DNA of 64,000 nucleotides from Dehalococcoidia bacterium (GTDB taxonomy: Bacteria > Chloroflexota > Dehalococcoidia > UBA6926). The position numbers were made by a program, and so were the translations under genes. The notes under the pieces were generated by a model. The model saw only the letters and a program-made list of their open reading frames with translations. It searched no databases and had not been told where the DNA came from. Positions 58,777-64,000 of this stretch are shown one piece after another (the first letter of the stretch is position 1; every line of letters starts with the position of its first letter). The DNA lies in assembly GCA_034422835.1 (NCBI GenBank), contig DAOUJJ010000013.1, forward strand, positions 12,618-76,617, in the 5' to 3' direction.

Positions 58777-60597
58777 ATGACACGATTGAGCAGGCCAGGG
58801 CTTCTGCTCGTCATCTGCCTTGCGTTGCTCATCGCTGCTGCGGCTTGTACGAACGACGACTTGACATCAACGTCCACTGCGGAACCAACCGTCACCGGTG
58901 ATGGTGCAGACGGCCAGAACGGAAGCGAACCTCGACCCACACCAACCGTGAACCCGCCGGTTCCCACCGTTGAGCCCGCTGGGACCACTACCGTCGACAC
59001 AACGTCAATCAGCGGCAAGCCTGTTCCCAGCGCTGCCGTGCGTGGCGGAACGCTAATCGCCTCCGTTTGGCATGCAGAGCAAACATTCAGCACGTGGGAA
59101 GATCGTGAAGGCGCGTCATTCGTCATGATGCACCCCTTGCATAATCTCCTCTTGCAGCCTCGAACCTGGGGTGATACGAATGATTTTCAGCGGCACAACT
59201 TCCTTGAGCTTTACCAGGACCTGGCGCTGGGATGGGAGATTTCCGGGGATGGATTGACCGTCACGGTCAACCTGAGACGTGACGTTTCCTGGACGGATGG
59301 CACGCGATTAACCTGCGAAGATGTTGCCTGGACGTATAATTCCATCCGAACAGGCAGGGGCCTGATTCGCAGCCCGAGGTCCGTTTACCTCGGCTCCGTC
59401 AGGGAAGTCCTTTGCGAGGACGATTACACTGTCCGGTTCATCCTCAGCGAACCACAGGCGGCAATCATCGATGCGCTCGCCCTTCCACATAACATCATTC
59501 GGCCCCAACACGTTTACGCCAATGACACCGCAGCGATGCGGGATCGTCTCCCCACTGTCACCACGGGGCCGTTTGTTGTTGCAGATCACGTGCCGGGTGA
59601 GAGCATCACGTATCGGCGGAATGACTCTTATTGGGATCAACCTTTTCCGTTCCTGTCAGGTCTGCAATTCGTGATTCTGGCCGAGTCCGCCTTGGCCACC
59701 GGACTCCGCTCAGGAACCATCGACGTCGGAAAGCCGTCGGGGTATGCCAAGGAAGAAGCTGAAACCCTGGAAAGTGAGTGTGAGAACTGCCAAGTATGGC
59801 CCCGGGTATTGGCCATGGGCAACACGCACCACGTTATCCTTAACCACGCCAGGGAGCCCTGGAATACCAGTGGCATCAAAGAGGTAATCGCCCTGGCAAT
59901 TGACAATACAAAATACATCCGAAATGTGCATAACGGCTGGCATTTCCCGCCAACCGGTTGCGGCACGTATCCCTTCTCAACCTGGGCAATGCCAATTGAC
60001 CGTTGCACGGACATTCCCGGCTATGGAGACTTCTCTGCTAAATCCTCACCGGCCGCGGACAAGGTGCAGGCCAGGGAGATCCTTGCCGATCTCGGTTACT
60101 CTCCCGGTGAGTTGTCCATCTCCATCCTCTTCAGTGAGGAAACTGAGCAGGTTATCCCCGCAGTCATCTCTGATTTTCAGGAAATCGGCATAAACGCTGC
60201 TTCTGTCGCCCTCAACCAAAGGGACTTTCTTGCGCGTCTCTCTGAAGGAGACTTCGATGCTGCCGTCCATTCTGAATGGGCCATCAGTGATGCCCCGGAC
60301 ATCCTGCTGTTTGGGCACTTTTATACGGGTGGGCGTGACAACTTCGGGCGATTCAGCAATCCGGAACTCGATGACCTCATCGACGAGATGGGCGCTGCCA
60401 CAGACCCGACCACCCGGCGAGAACTCGCGTGGGACGCGTTGGAAATGGCGCTCGAACAACAGGCAAAGATCGTTGTATCACACGGCGTCCTCGTGCCCAT
60501 CTACAGTAATCGGGTACACGGGATCATGCCCGGACTTGATTTCCAGGCTGAGCGCGGCCCTCAACTCCGGTATGATCACGCCTGGTTGGCCGGCTGA
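58777..60597 (+). CDS. ABC transporter substrate-binding lipoprotein, family 5 (peptide/nickel/opine type), paralogue 1
   Basis: Signal peptide plus lipobox LIAAAAC. Family-5 SBP architecture; shares long conserved blocks with the two downstream paralogues. Confidence 0.75.
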   Translation: MTRLSRPGLLLVICLALLIAAAACTNDDLTSTSTAEPTVTGDGADGQNGSEPRPTPTVNPPVPTVEPAGTTTVDTTSISGKPVPSAAVRGGTLIASVWHAEQTFSTWEDREGASFVMMHPLHNLLLQPRTWGDTNDFQRHNFLELYQDLALGWEISGDGLTVTVNLRRDVSWTDGTRLTCEDVAWTYNSIRTGRGLIRSPRSVYLGSVREVLCEDDYTVRFILSEPQAAIIDALALPHNIIRPQHVYANDTAAMRDRLPTVTTGPFVVADHVPGESITYRRNDSYWDQPFPFLSGLQFVILAESALATGLRSGTIDVGKPSGYAKEEAETLESECENCQVWPRVLAMGNTHHVILNHAREPWNTSGIKEVIALAIDNTKYIRNVHNGWHFPPTGCGTYPFSTWAMPIDRCTDIPGYGDFSAKSSPAADKVQAREILADLGYSPGELSISILFSEETEQVIPAVISDFQEIGINAASVALNQRDFLARLSEGDFDAAVHSEWAISDAPDILLFGHFYTGGRDNFGRFSNPELDDLIDEMGAATDPTTRRELAWDALEMALEQQAKIVVSHGVLVPIYSNRVHGIMPGLDFQAERGPQLRYDHAWLAG

Positions 60598-60683
60598 CCA
60601 ACCCTTGTACTACTAGGATTGACATACCTTTAAGCGCTGTCATACTCAATGAATCTACCCAGAGTTAATAAGGTAGGAGGAAG

Positions 60684-62546
60684 TTGATGAGCAGATGGAC
60701 ATTACTCCTTGTCGGCTTGGTCGCCACGCTCGCGTTGCTTGCGGCAGCGTGCGGTACGGCCGAGGAGGATGAGGAGCAAGATACAACGGCGCCGGCGGAA
60801 CCCACCGCTACGCCCCTGTTGATTACGGGGAGTTCGCCTACGGCGGTTCCTGCTGATACGGATGATGATATGGACGACGACATGGACACGATGGAAGAGA
60901 ACGTGTCTGTGAGTGGCATTCCGCTTGACCCTGATGCGGTCTTTGGTGGCACGCTCAAGCTTGCCTACCGGTCGAACAACCCCTTGAATCCTTGGGAAGA
61001 GGCGGCCGGCCCCGCGTTTGATGTTGGGCACCTGCTCAACAACATGTTGATCAAGCCTCGCACTTGGGGAACCGAAGACGATTTCAGGAACAACGCATTC
61101 TTCGAGTTGCATCCTGATTTGGCCAGTTCTTGGGAACAGTCCGAAAACGGCCTCGCCTGGACATTCACCCTGCGTGACGGGATTGAATGGTCGGACGGCA
61201 CGGCGCTCACGTGCAATGACGTGAAGTGGTCATTCGACACGATCCGCCTGTCAAATGACGCCGGACTCCTCCGCAGCCCGCGGAAGACCCATTACCTGGC
61301 AATCGACGGCATCACGTGCGCGGATGACTTGAACGTGGTCTTCAACCTTCGGTGGGCGAAGCCTGCCGTCCTGGAGGTCATTGGTCAGCCCTACAACATC
61401 ATCTTCCCGTCCCACATCTACCAGACAGAGTTCCTGGAGACCGGCAAGCTGGACTCCATGCGTGAAGAGCCCTCCAAGGCGACCACAGGAGCGTTTAGGC
61501 TGGCTAACTACATCCCCGGTGAGGGATACACGTTTGAGAAGAACCAGGACTACTGGGATGCGCCGCTTCCGTACGTTGACGGCGTGGAGATGATCTTCCT
61601 GTCCCGTTCGAACATCCCGCCGGCTCTAAGAACCGGCGCAGTACACGTGGGTGACTCGCACGGCTACACCGGAGGACAGGCCCTCACCCTGATCCAGGAA
61701 CGTGATGACGAAGTCTTCAAGATCTACGATCGTGTCATTGCCTCGTCATTCAGCCCCGCGCTCTTCCTTAACAAGAACCGCGAGCCGTGGAATGACCCGG
61801 CTGTGAACACCGCTTTTGCGTTGGCCGTTGACAACCAGAACTACGTCACCACCGTACAGAACGACCTTTTCGTGCTGCCGACGGGCTGTGGTTTCTACCC
61901 CACCAGCGAGTGGGCGATGCCTGCCGAGCGTTGCGCTGCCATCCCCGGCTACGCGGACGTCTTCGGCGCTACGCCGGAAGAGCGCCTCGCTCAGGCTGAC
62001 AGAGACAAGGAGCGTGCCAAGCAGATCCTTGAAGACGCCGGCTACACCGGTGAGAACGCACTGAACCTGAAAATGGTCGTGTGGGGCGTGATTCGGGCGG
62101 ACGGTCCCGCCATCCAGTTGGATCTGCAGGAAATCGGCGTGAACGTGGAGATTGTCGAGTTCGATTCCACGACCACCTACACCAAGTGGTCCAATGCCGA
62201 CTTTGACGTGGGAGTCCACAGCTTCTGGATCGCGGGAATCGACCCGGACGTGACGCTGTACGAGCACTTCTACACCGGCTCGGATCGCAACTACAACCGC
62301 TACAGCAACCCTGAGTTCGACAACCTGGTCAATACCATGAGCCGGACCCTGGACAAGGAAGAGCGGAAGGAGCTTGCGTGGCAGGCCATGGAGCTTGCTC
62401 TGACTGACGTGGGTAAGGTCGTCATATCGCACGGTTCCTACTACCCCATGGTCAGCGCCAACCTTGGTGGCTACATGCCCGCGCCGAACTACCTCGCAGG
62501 CTACGGCCCGGTGAAGCGCTATTCCCACGTCTGGATCGAAGAGTAA
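60684..62546 (+). CDS. ABC transporter substrate-binding lipoprotein, family 5, paralogue 2
   Basis: MMSRWTLLLVGLVATLALLAAACGTAEEDEE…; strong SD AGGAGGA. Confidence 0.75.
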   Translation: MMSRWTLLLVGLVATLALLAAACGTAEEDEEQDTTAPAEPTATPLLITGSSPTAVPADTDDDMDDDMDTMEENVSVSGIPLDPDAVFGGTLKLAYRSNNPLNPWEEAAGPAFDVGHLLNNMLIKPRTWGTEDDFRNNAFFELHPDLASSWEQSENGLAWTFTLRDGIEWSDGTALTCNDVKWSFDTIRLSNDAGLLRSPRKTHYLAIDGITCADDLNVVFNLRWAKPAVLEVIGQPYNIIFPSHIYQTEFLETGKLDSMREEPSKATTGAFRLANYIPGEGYTFEKNQDYWDAPLPYVDGVEMIFLSRSNIPPALRTGAVHVGDSHGYTGGQALTLIQERDDEVFKIYDRVIASSFSPALFLNKNREPWNDPAVNTAFALAVDNQNYVTTVQNDLFVLPTGCGFYPTSEWAMPAERCAAIPGYADVFGATPEERLAQADRDKERAKQILEDAGYTGENALNLKMVVWGVIRADGPAIQLDLQEIGVNVEIVEFDSTTTYTKWSNADFDVGVHSFWIAGIDPDVTLYEHFYTGSDRNYNRYSNPEFDNLVNTMSRTLDKEERKELAWQAMELALTDVGKVVISHGSYYPMVSANLGGYMPAPNYLAGYGPVKRYSHVWIEE

Positions 62547-62761
62547 TCCATTCGACAGGGATAGTGCGGCGCCGAACTGAATCGGCAGACCGCAAGAGGG
62601 CCCCGATGCCACGGCATCGGGGCCCTTCACTTTTCCGCCCCCTCAACCTGATTCCGGCGGAGGTCGCCCCAACACCCTTGCATTACGAGGATTGACATGT
62701 CGTTAACCACTGTCATAATCGATAAGTCTGACCAGATTTTGAGGGGAGGAAGGGAGACCCC

Positions 62762-64000
62762 ATGAATAGATGGACATTGCTCCTTATTGGCTTGGTCGCC
62801 ACGCTTGCGTTGCTTGCAGCCGCGTGTGGCACGGCCGAGGAAGAGGAGGAGGACACAACCGAAACGGTGGAACCCACCGCGACGGCGATCGTCATTGAAA
62901 GCAGCGCCGCAGATCCTACGGCAACGCCCGAAATGACGGGTGGTGACACCATGACAGATCCGACCACCTCCGTCAGCGGCATCCCGCTTGATCCGGACGC
63001 CCAGTACGGCGGCACCCTTCAGATTTCATACACCAGCCACAGCCCAAGCTTCGTGCCGTGGGAGTCCGCAGCCGGCCACTCATTCGAAGTGGGGCAGATG
63101 CTCAACAGCATGTTGATCAAGAACCGAACGTGGGGCACGGAAGAAGACTTCAACAACTTCGCCTACTTCGAACTGCATCCTGACCTCGCCACGGATTGGG
63201 AGCAGTCTGAAAACGGACTGGCATACACCTTCAACCTGCGGGACGGTGTGGAATGGTCGGACGGTGTGGCAGTCAGCTGCAACGACATCAAGTGGTCGTT
63301 TGACACCATCAGGCTTCAGCAGGACGCCGGGCTGCCAACCAGCCCGCGCAAGACGCACTACCTGGCAGTCGACTCAATCGTCTGCCCGGATGACTTGACA
63401 GTGGTCTTCAACCTGCGGTGGGCGAAGCCGGCCATGATTGAAGTCATCGGTCAGCCTTACAACGTCATCTTCCCGGCGCACATCTACCAGACTGAGTTCC
63501 TGGAGACGGGCGCGTTGACATCCTTCAGGGAAGAGCCGTCCAAGGCAACCACCGGCCCCTACAGGCTGGCCAACTACATTCCTGGCGAGATATTCCAGTT
63601 TGAGCGCAACCCGGACTACTGGGATCAGCCGCTTCCGTACTTGGATGGCGTGGATATGCGCTTCCTTGGACCGGGTTCCTCACAGATCCCGCCGGCCCTG
63701 CGCGCAGGCCGTCTGCACATCGGCAGCCCCAACGGCTACACCGGCGGACAGGCGGACACGCTCCTCGCAGAGTGCACGGAAACCTGTCAGTTCTGGCAGA
63801 ACCGCATCATCGCATCCTCGTTCAGCCCGGCGCTGTTCATCAACAAGGAGCGCGAAGGCTGGATGTCGGATCAGAGGATCCACGAAGCGTTTGCTCTCGC
63901 CGTTGACAACCAGAAGTACATCACGACGGTTCGCAACGACTGGTACGAGCTTCCCGTGGGCTGCGGATTCTATCCGACATCCCCGTGGGCCATGCCACGA
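62762..64000 (+). CDS. ABC transporter substrate-binding lipoprotein, family 5, paralogue 3 (3'-truncated by window end)
   Basis: MNRWTLLLIGLVATLALLAAACGTAEEEEE…; near-identical signal peptide to paralogue 2. The ORF is open to the window end, so it is absent from the ORF track. Confidence 0.7.
   Translation, partial: MNRWTLLLIGLVATLALLAAACGTAEEEEEDTTETVEPTATAIVIESSAADPTATPEMTGGDTMTDPTTSVSGIPLDPDAQYGGTLQISYTSHSPSFVPWESAAGHSFEVGQMLNSMLIKNRTWGTEEDFNNFAYFELHPDLATDWEQSENGLAYTFNLRDGVEWSDGVAVSCNDIKWSFDTIRLQQDAGLPTSPRKTHYLAVDSIVCPDDLTVVFNLRWAKPAMIEVIGQPYNVIFPAHIYQTEFLETGALTSFREEPSKATTGPYRLANYIPGEIFQFERNPDYWDQPLPYLDGVDMRFLGPGSSQIPPALRAGRLHIGSPNGYTGGQADTLLAECTETCQFWQNRIIASSFSPALFINKEREGWMSDQRIHEAFALAVDNQKYITTVRNDWYELPVGCGFYPTSPWAMPR

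Noticed and set aside
1-64000. rRNA and tRNA genes.
   Set aside because: No cloverleaf-like conserved tRNA arms or rRNA-like stretches were recognised in the intergenic regions by manual inspection. A tRNAscan/Infernal run would be needed to be sure.

Overview
This is a high-GC bacterial chromosomal segment. Housekeeping operons (proVWX glycine-betaine transporter, rplT-rpmI-infC, thrS, pyrG, rho, pstSCAB-phoU, polA, three paralogous family-5 ABC substrate-binding proteins, several CaiB-type CoA-transferases) are interleaved with at least eight defence or addiction modules. From the 5' end these are: a minimal CBASS pair (SMODS nucleotidyltransferase plus a Cap15-like 2TM effector, truncated at the window edge); a 1164-aa Fe-S nuclease / RNase-H-like exonuclease / SF1-helicase fusion (Dna2/Nhi-like); a GmrSD-type (DUF262-DUF1524) type IV restriction enzyme plus VapBC inserted into the thrS-infC linkage; an orphan DUF433; two HicAB pairs; and a ~945-aa single-chain type IIG-like restriction-methyltransferase. 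Three sequence-level observations stand out. First, at least four families of short palindromic, MITE/REP-like repeats (core motifs CTGAGCCTGTCGAAGGGC, GTCATTCCCGCGAAAGCGGGAATCC, GTCATTCCCGTGCTTGACACGGGAATCC, GTCATTCTGAGCGCAGCCGAGGAATCTAAA) cluster at seven loci that coincide with gene-module boundaries; two copies lie in-frame inside an alkZ/ycaQ-like gene. Second, a TlpA-like lipoprotein redoxin has an in-frame TGA exactly where its Cys-containing paralogue 28 kb away has the first Cys of CxxC, which suggests a UxxC selenoprotein with a SECIS-like hairpin downstream. Third, a 0.65-kb hicBA-like cassette is flanked by ~40-bp imperfect direct repeats of the phoU 3' end. Other notable items are a giant acidic Ca-binding surface protein with a near-consensus promoter and ~370-nt leader flanked by two small coiled-coil tail-anchored proteins, arsC embedded in the pst operon, an archaeal-type PEP carboxylase, and several tandem-domain fusions (CaiB-CaiB, ProW-ProW, PstS-PstS). 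No rRNA, tRNA or CRISPR was recognised. Coordinates I derived by hand (anything not taken from the ORF track) may be off by 1-2 nt.
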